Shown: positions 9,381 through 16,279 of the stretch, piece after piece
How the letters are laid out: every line of letters begins with the position of its first letter
Position numbering within the stretch: position 1 is the stretch's first letter
From: Gammaproteobacteria bacterium
GTDB lineage: Bacteria > Pseudomonadota > Gammaproteobacteria > Steroidobacterales > Rariloculaceae
NCBI GenBank assembly: GCA_029864465.1
Contig: JAOTTJ010000002.1
Span: 1-42,357, forward strand
Reading direction: 5' to 3'
DNA length: 42,357 nucleotides
Notes under the pieces: model-generated
What the model saw: only the letters and a program-made list of their open reading frames with translations
Databases searched by the model: none
What the model was told of the DNA's origin: nothing
Made by a program: the position numbers and the translations under genes

Positions 9381-10451
9381 TTGCGATCCGTGCGCCCAAT
9401 CGTGAGCCGAACATCCGCCGAGAATGCAGCGTTGCGGCCCCCGCTGTTGCTGGCCGGGCGTCATGCGCAGACGATGGCGAGCAGCCTGCCGCTGCACTCG
9501 CGTAACTGGCGTCACCGCACGGAAAAGCTGCGTGCGGAGGCCACCATGCAGCTACTGGAGCTCGACGAGGGTGTTCGGCTGCAAGGTCAGTACACGGCCG
9601 GCGCGGATCGGGACAAGGGACTCGTCGTGCTGCTCCACGGTTGGGAGGGCGGTGCGGACTCGCCGTATATGTTGACGTTGGCGTTGGCGCTGAACGATGC
9701 GGGCTACGCGACGTTTCGCTTGAATCTCCGAGATCACGGTGGAACCCACGATCTGAACGAGGAGCTGTTTCATTCGTGCCGTATCACCGAAATCGTCGAG
9801 GCGGTCGCCGCGCTGCAACGGCGCTACTCGCCGAGCCACTTTGCACTCGTCGGTTATTCGCTCGGTGGAAACTTTGCGCTTCGTGTTGGCGCGCGAGCTG
9901 CCGCGGCCGGCATTGAGCTCGAGAAGATCATCGCCGTCTGTCCCGTACTGCATCCACCGCATACAATGCATGCGCTCGAAACGGGGTTGTGGGCTTACCG
10001 CAGCTATTATCTGAGGAAGTGGCGTCGATCTTTGCTGGCTAAGCAGGCGAGCTTCCCGCATCGGTACCGGCTCGGTGATCTACGCCGCTTCAAGACGCTG
10101 ACCGCTACGACGGATTTCTTCGTTCGCGAATACACGGAGTTCCCGAACATCGAGACCTATCTGCACGGGTATTCGATACTGGGCCCGGTGTTGGAGAAGC
10201 TATGCGTACCGAGCCGCGTGATCGCGGCTGCTGACGATCCGATTATCCCGAGCGCGGATCTCGCGAAGCTGCCATCGCATCCGAATCTCGAACTAACGGT
10301 CCTACCATGGGGCGGACATTGCGGATTCGTTACGAGCTACCGGCTCGCGAGCTGCATCGATTACATCGTCGTCGATGAGCTCGACCGGGTTACACGGCCT
10401 CGGATGTCTGGCGCTTCTCCGAGAATCCCTGGGGCGAAGTGCCGTTCGTGA
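9381..10451 (+). CDS. Alpha/beta hydrolase, YheT/ABHD1-3-like
   Basis: The N-terminal GRHAQTM...LHSR segment resembles the YheT N-terminus. It also has LLHGWEGGADSPY and the nucleophile elbow GYSLGGN. The start is uncertain (TTG 9381, GTG 9390 or GTG 9402). Confidence 0.85.
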   Translation: MRSVRPIVSRTSAENAALRPPLLLAGRHAQTMASSLPLHSRNWRHRTEKLRAEATMQLLELDEGVRLQGQYTAGADRDKGLVVLLHGWEGGADSPYMLTLALALNDAGYATFRLNLRDHGGTHDLNEELFHSCRITEIVEAVAALQRRYSPSHFALVGYSLGGNFALRVGARAAAAGIELEKIIAVCPVLHPPHTMHALETGLWAYRSYYLRKWRRSLLAKQASFPHRYRLGDLRRFKTLTATTDFFVREYTEFPNIETYLHGYSILGPVLEKLCVPSRVIAAADDPIIPSADLAKLPSHPNLELTVLPWGGHCGFVTSYRLASCIDYIVVDELDRVTRPRMSGASPRIPGAKCRS

Positions 10452-10788
10452 CCTTGATGTCGCCCTCGATGACGGCGCCCTCGGCCACGGCGATGGACCG
10501 GCCGGCAAGGCTGCCCGCGATATGTGCAGTCTCGCTGACCTCGATACGATGGTTGGCGACAACGTCCCCGTCAATTTTTCCAGCAACGATGACGTCGCTG
10601 GCGCGAAGCGTGCCCTTCCAGCGGGCGCCGGCGGCCAGCGTGACAGGCCCGTCGATGTCGCAATCGCCATTCATCTCGCCGCAGAACACGTAGCTTCCCT
10701 TGCCGGTCAACGTGCCCGTAATTTTGGTCGTAGGTGCGATGTAGGTCGTCGCGCCGTCCGCGGAATCGAGTATGCGTCGTTTGAACAT
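10390..10788 (-). CDS. Bactofilin family cytoskeletal protein (132 aa from ATG 10788)
   Basis: The beta-helical repeat pattern is ITGTLTGKGSYVFCGEMNGDCDIDGPVTLAAGARWKGTLRASDVIVAGKIDGDVVANHRIEVSETAHIAGSLAGRSIAVAEGAVIEGDIKV. The longest ORF reaches 10887, but MFKRRILDS... is the typical short bactofilin N-terminus. Confidence 0.8.
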   Translation of the reverse strand: MFKRRILDSADGATTYIAPTTKITGTLTGKGSYVFCGEMNGDCDIDGPVTLAAGARWKGTLRASDVIVAGKIDGDVVANHRIEVSETAHIAGSLAGRSIAVAEGAVIEGDIKVTNGTSPQGFSEKRQTSEAV

Positions 10789-10938
10789 GGCGTTTACCTG
10801 AACCTGGGAACCGATTCGGGCACCGTAGCTGATCATGCGGTTGTACGCGAGTGCATAGTCGATCTCGATCTCCGGAATGTGCGGCATGTCTCAGAGCACG
10901 CGCTCCCCGTCGGAGGCGATGTCAAATTCCGGTCAATT

Positions 10939-10955
10939 TGTGACCCGGTTCGTCA
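10939..10955. promoter_or_regulatory. Inverted repeat GTGAC-N7-GTCAC, candidate activator site upstream of the 11011 sigma54 promoter
   Basis: gtgacccggttcgtcac lies ~60-75 bp upstream of the -24 element. TGACCCG recurs at 10972-10978. Confidence 0.3.
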
Positions 10956-11010
10956 CCCGCCTGCATGACGAAATGACCCGCCAGCCGAATGTTTCGAGGC
11001 ATTCCCGATC

Positions 11011-11027
11011 TTGGCACGAAGCTTGCT
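11011..11027 (+). promoter_or_regulatory. Sigma54 (-24/-12) promoter
   Basis: TTGGCACGAAGCTTGCT matches TGGCACG-N4-TTGCW at every specified position. It lies 36 nt upstream of ATG 11063. Confidence 0.75.
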
Positions 11028-11062
11028 CTGAATTTTCTCGACTCGAGTCAAGGTTCGTTACG

Positions 11063-11341
11063 ATGAAGGAATGTCACCAGACCATAGCGCTGTTGCTCGG
11101 AGAGGCGGGCGGTGAGCGTTGGCAGCCGCGCAGCTTCGTTGCCGGCGCGCAACGCCTCGTGCGAGGCGCGGACGGTTGCGTGCGACTCGAGGCCATCGCC
11201 AACGCGCAGGAATTTGATGCGACAGCCCGTACGACGGGCTGTTTTCGACGCGGCAAGCCGATTCACGATCCCGCGACGCACGAAGTCATCGGCTATGAGA
11301 TGGAGGAGGTACCGCTGCTGCGCCCGACGACCTGGGGCTAG
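11063..11341 (+). CDS. Hypothetical small protein (92 aa) downstream of a sigma54 promoter
   Basis: ATG 11063 has AAGG ~9 nt upstream, and third-position G/C is high throughout. The sequence is MKECHQTIALLLGEAGGERWQPRSF...GKPIHDPATHEVIGYEMEEVPLLRPTTWG. The track ORF from 10877 includes the promoter itself, so the shorter form is preferred. I recognise no family. Confidence 0.55.
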   Translation: MKECHQTIALLLGEAGGERWQPRSFVAGAQRLVRGADGCVRLEAIANAQEFDATARTTGCFRRGKPIHDPATHEVIGYEMEEVPLLRPTTWG

Positions 11342-11473
11342 CCTGAGCTGGATCGCGGTTCCCGAAGTCCGCGTCAGTTGCGCTTATAATGTGCCGCACC
11401 GCGGCAGAGCGATCGCGTCGAGTCGCTGAGCGGCCGCGCAGAATTCGGCCGACCTTCTAGGGGATACCTTTCA

Positions 11474-13024
11474 TTGAAGTCGAGGCTTGCCTGGCTCGGG
11501 GAATACGGGCATGCCGCTCTCGTTCGGCATGGTTTGCGCGGTATCGAGAAGGAGTGCCTGCGCATCGATAGCGACGGGCGACTATCCCGCAAGCCGCACC
11601 CGCAAGCGCTCGGGGCTGCGCTGACACATCCGCACATCACGACCGACTATTCGGAGGCACTGCTCGAATTCGTGACACCGCCGTGCGCGACGAACTGGGA
11701 AACGCTTCAGTTCTTGTGCGACATACATTGCTTCGTTGCGCAGAATCTCGATGACGAGTTGTTGTGGGCGCAGAGCATGCCCTGTGTCGTCGGCCCCGAC
11801 GAAGATGTGCCGATTGCCTACTACGGGGAGTCGAATCTCGGGCGCATGAAGACGATCTATCGTCGCGGGCTCGGCCATCGCTACGGTCGAGCGATGCAGG
11901 CCATCGCGGGCGTGCACTTCAACTACTCGCTGCCGGTCGGTTTTTGGGCGGCGTATCAGGATTACGAAGAGTCCCGTCAGGACGAGAGCGCGTTCATCTC
12001 CGGGCAATATCTGCGCATGGCGCGCAACTATCGGCGCAACGCCTGGGCGCTAATCTATCTTTTCGGCGCGTCGCCGGCTGTGTGCAAGTCGTTTCCGCTG
12101 CGCGCCGGGCACGGGCTCGAGGAGCTCGATCCGCATACCTGGTATCTGCCATATGGCACGTCGCTGCGAATGAGCGACATCGGCTACCGCAACAAGAGCC
12201 AGGCAAGGTTACAAATTTCGTTGAACTCGCTAGCTGAATACGTCGGCGGCTTAACGACGGCTGTGACGTCGTCGAGTCCGGAGTACGAACGTATCGGCGT
12301 CAACGTCGATGGCGAGTATCGGCAGCTCAACGCCAATATGCTGCAGATAGAGAACGAGTATTACGCCGCCGTTCGGCCGAAGCCCAAGGCCAAGTCGAGC
12401 TCGAGACCGACGGTCGCCCTGCGCCGCAGCGGCGTGGAGTATCTCGAGATCCGTACGCTCGATCTGAACGTCGCCGATCCCGTCGGTGTCAATCAGACCC
12501 AGTTGCGTTTCGTCGAGGCGCTATTGCTGTATTGCCTGTTTACCGACAGCCCGCCGATCGGCGCCGCGGAGCAGGCAGAAATCGACCAGCGCGAGCTGCT
12601 CGTGGCGCGTGAGGGACGCAAGCCAGGGCTCGAATTCTCCGTTGACGGGGCCGATGTGCCACTGTCGCGCCTCGGCCTCGACCTGCTCGACGGTATCGCC
12701 CCGTTCGCCGCTCTGCTGGACGCCGCCGAGGAGGGTTATGTGGACGCGCTCGAGCAGCAACGCTCGGCAATCAGGGAGCCCGAGCTGACCCCGTCGGCGC
12801 GTCTGCTCGCGGACATGACCACTCGCGGCCAGAGCTATCTCGATTTCATGCTCGAGGTGTCCAGGGCGCACGGGGCGTACTTTCGCTCTTTGGCGCTGAC
12901 CGAGGAGCGGACAAGTCAACTTGGCGAGCTCGCGCGAGTTTCGATCGAGGAGGCTAGGGCGCTGGAGAACGACACTCAGGAGTCGCTCGAGGCCTATCTC
13001 GCTGCCTATCTCGCAGAGGTCTAG
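11474..13024 (+). CDS. gshA: Glutamate--cysteine ligase (E. coli GshA type, 516 aa, TTG start)
   Basis: GLRGIEKECLRIDSDGRLSRKPHPQALGAALTHPHITTDYSEALLEFVTPP is co-linear with E. coli GshA. It also has IAGVHFNYSL and YLEIRTLDLN. A TTG start is also used by E. coli gshA. Confidence 0.95.
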   Translation: MKSRLAWLGEYGHAALVRHGLRGIEKECLRIDSDGRLSRKPHPQALGAALTHPHITTDYSEALLEFVTPPCATNWETLQFLCDIHCFVAQNLDDELLWAQSMPCVVGPDEDVPIAYYGESNLGRMKTIYRRGLGHRYGRAMQAIAGVHFNYSLPVGFWAAYQDYEESRQDESAFISGQYLRMARNYRRNAWALIYLFGASPAVCKSFPLRAGHGLEELDPHTWYLPYGTSLRMSDIGYRNKSQARLQISLNSLAEYVGGLTTAVTSSSPEYERIGVNVDGEYRQLNANMLQIENEYYAAVRPKPKAKSSSRPTVALRRSGVEYLEIRTLDLNVADPVGVNQTQLRFVEALLLYCLFTDSPPIGAAEQAEIDQRELLVAREGRKPGLEFSVDGADVPLSRLGLDLLDGIAPFAALLDAAEEGYVDALEQQRSAIREPELTPSARLLADMTTRGQSYLDFMLEVSRAHGAYFRSLALTEERTSQLGELARVSIEEARALENDTQESLEAYLAAYLAEV

Positions 13025-13144
13025 CGCGGCGTTTTCCTGTGGCGGTTGCTGGAAAATGGCTCGCCGTTTTGTGATTTCGATCCTCGCTGCCAAGGTCCCG
13101 TGAGCGGATACTGTCTCTAGTCGGAGATTTTGGACTCGTAGGGC

Positions 13145-13798
13145 ATGCTGAAGGTCACCTTTATCAGCGGGATATTCTTCGGGCTGGCGGCTGTCGTCTC
13201 CGGCGCGGGGTTTTATCCGTGGATCGATCACGAGCGGCTCGAGTCGCAGACGCAGGTCGTCCCCAACGGCGGGCGTAGCGAAGTCTTTTTCATTCGGCTT
13301 CCCGTGGATCGTATCGCGAGCCTTGGCACCGAGAGTTTCGGGCTCGGCGCTGCGGCGTTTCCGGCCGCTCTGGCATTGCCAGAATCGCTGGGCACCGAGC
13401 CGATGCAAATCGATCATTTCAAGGTCAGGGATACGGGCGGCAACGTTATCGGTGTCGCGTCGCGGCATACGGTCGATCTCCCCGACTCGACCGCCGTCAC
13501 CTGGTCGCTGAGTTTTCCGAGCCGCGGCGCGTTGTGGCTCGTGGGCCGGATCGATCCGGCAGGCCTCGACTCAGCGATGGCCGGCATGGGCTATGAACCC
13601 GGTGAAGCGTGGTCGGGCGAGCTCGACCTGCTCGTTGGCGATCCGCAATCGCCAGCCGGTGAGGTTCTTGGCGGCACGAGCGAATTCAGCAAGCTTATCG
13701 GCAGCTTCACCGAGCGTTGGCACATCACCGGTATTGGTGACGCGGGTGAGCTGCGCGGCACGATAGAGCTCGCGACGACGACATTTCTGGCGCAATGA
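13145..13798 (+). CDS. Hypothetical N-terminally membrane-anchored protein (217 aa), paralog of the next gene
   Basis: It has an N-terminal TM helix (FISGIFFGLAAVVSGAGF) and high third-position G/C. Its stop overlaps the next start (ATGA at 13795-13798). Confidence 0.7.
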   Translation: MLKVTFISGIFFGLAAVVSGAGFYPWIDHERLESQTQVVPNGGRSEVFFIRLPVDRIASLGTESFGLGAAAFPAALALPESLGTEPMQIDHFKVRDTGGNVIGVASRHTVDLPDSTAVTWSLSFPSRGALWLVGRIDPAGLDSAMAGMGYEPGEAWSGELDLLVGDPQSPAGEVLGGTSEFSKLIGSFTERWHITGIGDAGELRGTIELATTTFLAQ

Positions 13799-14487
13799 AG
13801 TATTTCTGGACATTGTTTGCGGGGTTTCTGGTCGGCGTGGCACTTGCGCTGACGGGTCTGTATTTCAACCCGCTAACGCAAAGGCCCGGACCACTTCCCG
13901 GAAGCGAAGACAGCATGTTCACGTACGCCTCGCCGCTGACGTCCGAGCTGGTTTTCGCGCACGGCAACCTCTCGCGGTTGCCGAGCTACCCTTCGGGAAT
14001 TCCGGATCTCTGGGAGGGAACGATCAACAAGAGCGCGCTCAGTGTTGTGCTGCTGCGAGGTGCGGACGGAACTGCCGCAATCGCGAGCCGAGTCAGCTAC
14101 CCTTCCGAGGACACCGAACTTCTGCGAAACGGTGTCCTGCTGACCGACGATTGGGTCGTATCGTTGCCCGGTCAAGGCTCGCTATTCATCAACTCACAGA
14201 GCAATTGGTGGCCGTTTCTCAAGGAGATGCTGATCCCCGTGTGGTATTTCGGGCGACCGTGGCCGGGACCTTCGGAATACGCACCGACGGTCGGCCCCGC
14301 ACAGGGCGTTTGGGCGTTCGTTAACGGTGCGACTGGTCGCTTTGCCGGCCTGACGGGCACGGCCGCCGAGCGCTACGCGGTTCAGGAGTTCGACGACCAG
14401 GTCGGTCCGCGACAAGCCCTGACAGAGATCTATTGGCGACTGACCGAGCCGGTGGATACGGTAGCCACCGTCGCGGAAGCGCCCTAG
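13795..14487 (+). CDS. Hypothetical N-terminally membrane-anchored protein (230 aa), paralog of the previous gene
   Basis: It has an N-terminal TM helix (FWTLFAGFLVGVALALTGLYF). It shares blocks with the upstream protein: IASRVS vs VASRHT, WVVSLPGQGSLFI vs WSLSFPSRGALWL, and GATGRFAGLTGTAAERY vs GGTSEFSKLIGSFTERW. Confidence 0.7.
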   Translation: MKYFWTLFAGFLVGVALALTGLYFNPLTQRPGPLPGSEDSMFTYASPLTSELVFAHGNLSRLPSYPSGIPDLWEGTINKSALSVVLLRGADGTAAIASRVSYPSEDTELLRNGVLLTDDWVVSLPGQGSLFINSQSNWWPFLKEMLIPVWYFGRPWPGPSEYAPTVGPAQGVWAFVNGATGRFAGLTGTAAERYAVQEFDDQVGPRQALTEIYWRLTEPVDTVATVAEAP

Positions 14488-14588
14488 TTGGCCCGGAGAT
14501 CCGACCGGGCGGTCACTGCGCTGTGCGCTAGCCGTTGACCGGTCAGTGGCACCAACGACAGATATCTCGCGAGTGCGGGTTCTCCGGT

Positions 14589-14738
14589 GCCGGCCGCTTG
14601 CGACTTACTCCGGCCCTTGCTCGTCCAGGCGCCCTCGGACTTGGGCTTGCCGCCAGCCATAGCTTCGGCTACGCCTGACGGTCCAGCCCTGCGCCCGAAG
14701 CCCCCTGTACTTCGCCATCATCCGAAATCCCGGTGGGA
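14589..14738 (-). repeat. Copy A of a 150-nt structured repeat (sense orientation on the minus strand)
   Basis: Its reverse complement aligns gaplessly with 15979..16128, with 121/150 identical by my hand count. It overlaps the last ~23 codons and the stop codon of the ferredoxin-reductase gene. Confidence 0.85.
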
Positions 14739-15958
14739 TCTCCGGACTCGACGGTCGCGAGGTCTGCGGTCGTATCCTCGATGCGCTGTGGTGAGGGCAT
14801 TGCGCCCTGCGCGACGAGCCGTTTGCCGAGCAAAAAATCCTTCGGCGAGTTAATTGCATCGACGGCAATGAGTCGGCTGTCGCGTAGATAATACGCGGCA
14901 AATTTCCGCTCGGCCGGGTCGCCGCGTAACACCACACGATCGTAGCCCGTTGAGATGCCGGCAATTTGCAGCTTCAGGTCGTACTGATCGGACCAGAACC
15001 ACGGAATTTGCGCATAGGCGGCCGGCTCGCCGAGCAGGCTTAGCGCTGCGGTCTTGGACTGCTCGATCGCATTGTGCACGGATTCGAGGCGAATTCGCCG
15101 GCCCAGCACGGCGTTAGGATGATTCGTACAGTCGCCTGCGGCGTAAATCTGCGGCTCGCTCGTGCACGCGTACTCGTCGACACGGATGCCGTCGTCGCAG
15201 ACGAGCCCAGCCTGCTCGGCCAATTCCGTCTCCGGCACGATGCCGATACCGACGACGGCGACGTCACATGGGTACTCGCGCCCATCGCTGGCGATCACGC
15301 CCGTCACGTGGTCGTCGCCGGCGAATCCTCGTACGGCCGTATCGCAGGCGATCTCGACACCTGCCGCCTCGTGAACGCCTCGGTAAAAGGTACCGACCTC
15401 GGGGCAGACCACGCGGGCCATCACGCGATCGGTCGCTTCGAGGACAGTAACGTGTGCGCGGTGCGCGCGGGCGACGGCGGCTATCTCGAGCCCGATGTAG
15501 CCGGCCCCGACGATGACGAGGCGCTTGTCGGGCCCCAAGCCGCCCAGAATGCCGTCGGCATCGGCGATCGTGCGCAGATAATGGATGCCGGCCAAATCCG
15601 CCCCCGGCACGTCGATTTTGCGGACGCGGCTGCCTGTAGCTAGGAGCAGCCGGTCGTAGTCGAGCTGGCGGCCGTCGGCCAGAGTGAGGCGCTGCTGCAC
15701 GGGCTCGAGTCGCTCGGCTTTGGCACCGAGTATCAGCGTCACGCCATGCTGCTCGTAGAACTCGGTGGGCCGGACGAACAATCGCTCGCGCTCGAGCTCT
15801 CCCGATAGATACTTCTTCGACAGCGGCGGACGCTGGTAAGGCGGATACGGCTCGTCGCCGACGACGGTAATTCGGCCCGGGTAGCGCTTCTGCGTCAGGG
15901 TAAGGATGGTTTGGGCCGCTGCTTGGCCCGCGCCGACAATGATCAAATGCGTAGACAT
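14669..15958 (-). CDS. FAD-dependent pyridine nucleotide-disulfide oxidoreductase, ferredoxin/rubredoxin/putidaredoxin reductase type (429 aa)
   Basis: The FAD motif is IIVGAGQAAAQ and the NAD motif is VIVGAGYIGLEIAA. It also has YAAGDC and PWFWSDQYD, typical of the ferredoxin reductase family. Confidence 0.9.
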   Translation of the reverse strand: MSTHLIIVGAGQAAAQTILTLTQKRYPGRITVVGDEPYPPYQRPPLSKKYLSGELERERLFVRPTEFYEQHGVTLILGAKAERLEPVQQRLTLADGRQLDYDRLLLATGSRVRKIDVPGADLAGIHYLRTIADADGILGGLGPDKRLVIVGAGYIGLEIAAVARAHRAHVTVLEATDRVMARVVCPEVGTFYRGVHEAAGVEIACDTAVRGFAGDDHVTGVIASDGREYPCDVAVVGIGIVPETELAEQAGLVCDDGIRVDEYACTSEPQIYAAGDCTNHPNAVLGRRIRLESVHNAIEQSKTAALSLLGEPAAYAQIPWFWSDQYDLKLQIAGISTGYDRVVLRGDPAERKFAAYYLRDSRLIAVDAINSPKDFLLGKRLVAQGAMPSPQRIEDTTADLATVESGDPTGISDDGEVQGASGAGLDRQA

Positions 15959-15978
15959 CGTTTATCTTAGCCCGCGCG

Positions 15979-16128
15979 TCTCACCAGGACTCCGGATGAT
16001 GGCGAAGAACAGGGGAGCTTGGGCGATGAGCTGGACCGAAAGTCATAGCCTTAGCTATGGCTCGAGGGAAGCTCAAGCTCGAGGGCGCCTGGACGAGCCA
16101 GGGCCGGAGTAGGTTGCAAGCGACCGAC
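15979..16128 (+). repeat. Copy B of the 150-nt structured repeat (sense orientation on the plus strand)
   Basis: See copy A. Predicted stems are 15990-15995/16104-16109, 16015-16020/16069-16074, the hairpin 16044-16059 and the hairpin 16112-16125. It lies between the reductase start (15958) and the qor start (16280). Confidence 0.85.
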
Positions 16129-16279
16129 GCAGTATCAGTTGAGTTCATGGTACCGTTCGTCTCAGTTTTTATCGGCGAGTTCGGTACCTGCGCACAGCGC
16201 AGCGACCGCCTGGTGAGAGGTGCGGGCTTAACGACCGCAGTGCGGATTCTAACGAGTTTCAAAGAGGACGTTTAGCGCG

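Noticed and set aside
9232-9414. A 61-codon N-terminal extension of the GGDEF-EAL ORF.
   Set aside because: The extension overlaps the start of the divergent hydrolase gene and has a basic, non-membrane composition. MRRLTRKYLFWAAL... at 9231 gives the expected short cytoplasmic tail followed by TM1.
12521-13468. A 315-aa minus-strand ORF spanning the end of gshA and the start of the 13145 gene.
   Set aside because: It lies antisense to two well-supported genes, has an Arg/Leu/Pro-rich composition and no motifs. It is a typical high-GC shadow ORF.
16024-16046. A hammerhead-like string CGAUGAG...GAAAGUC in repeat copy B.
   Set aside because: It lacks the invariant U of CUGAUGA and has no room for stem II. 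The segment is not conserved in copy A (GCGCAGG...GUCAGGC).
16083-16099. GGGCGCCUGGACGAGC in the repeat, which is reminiscent of ZTP (CCGCCUGGGC) or guanidine-III (CCGGACGAGG) riboswitch cores.
   Set aside because: The resemblance covers only a few nucleotides. The other conserved parts of those motifs are absent, or present in only one copy. Copy A sits at the 3' end of a gene, not in a 5' leader.
15996-16112. A 38-codon ORF (MMAK...GRLDE(P/Q)GPE-stop) is preserved in both repeat copies; the copy A equivalent lies on the minus strand inside 14605..14964.
   Set aside because: Both copies stay in frame only because the alignment has no indels. Of 16 differing sense codons, 13 are non-synonymous and often radical (R/W, V/E, R/L, W/S). 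No convincing RBS precedes the ATG. The substitution pattern fits RNA stems, not protein constraint.
14589-16128. The possibility that the inverted repeats are integron attC sites or IS terminal repeats.
   Set aside because: There is no GTTRRRY/RYYYAAC core at the ends. The copies are inverted rather than direct. No integrase or transposase is nearby, and the enclosed gene is an ordinary flavoprotein reductase.
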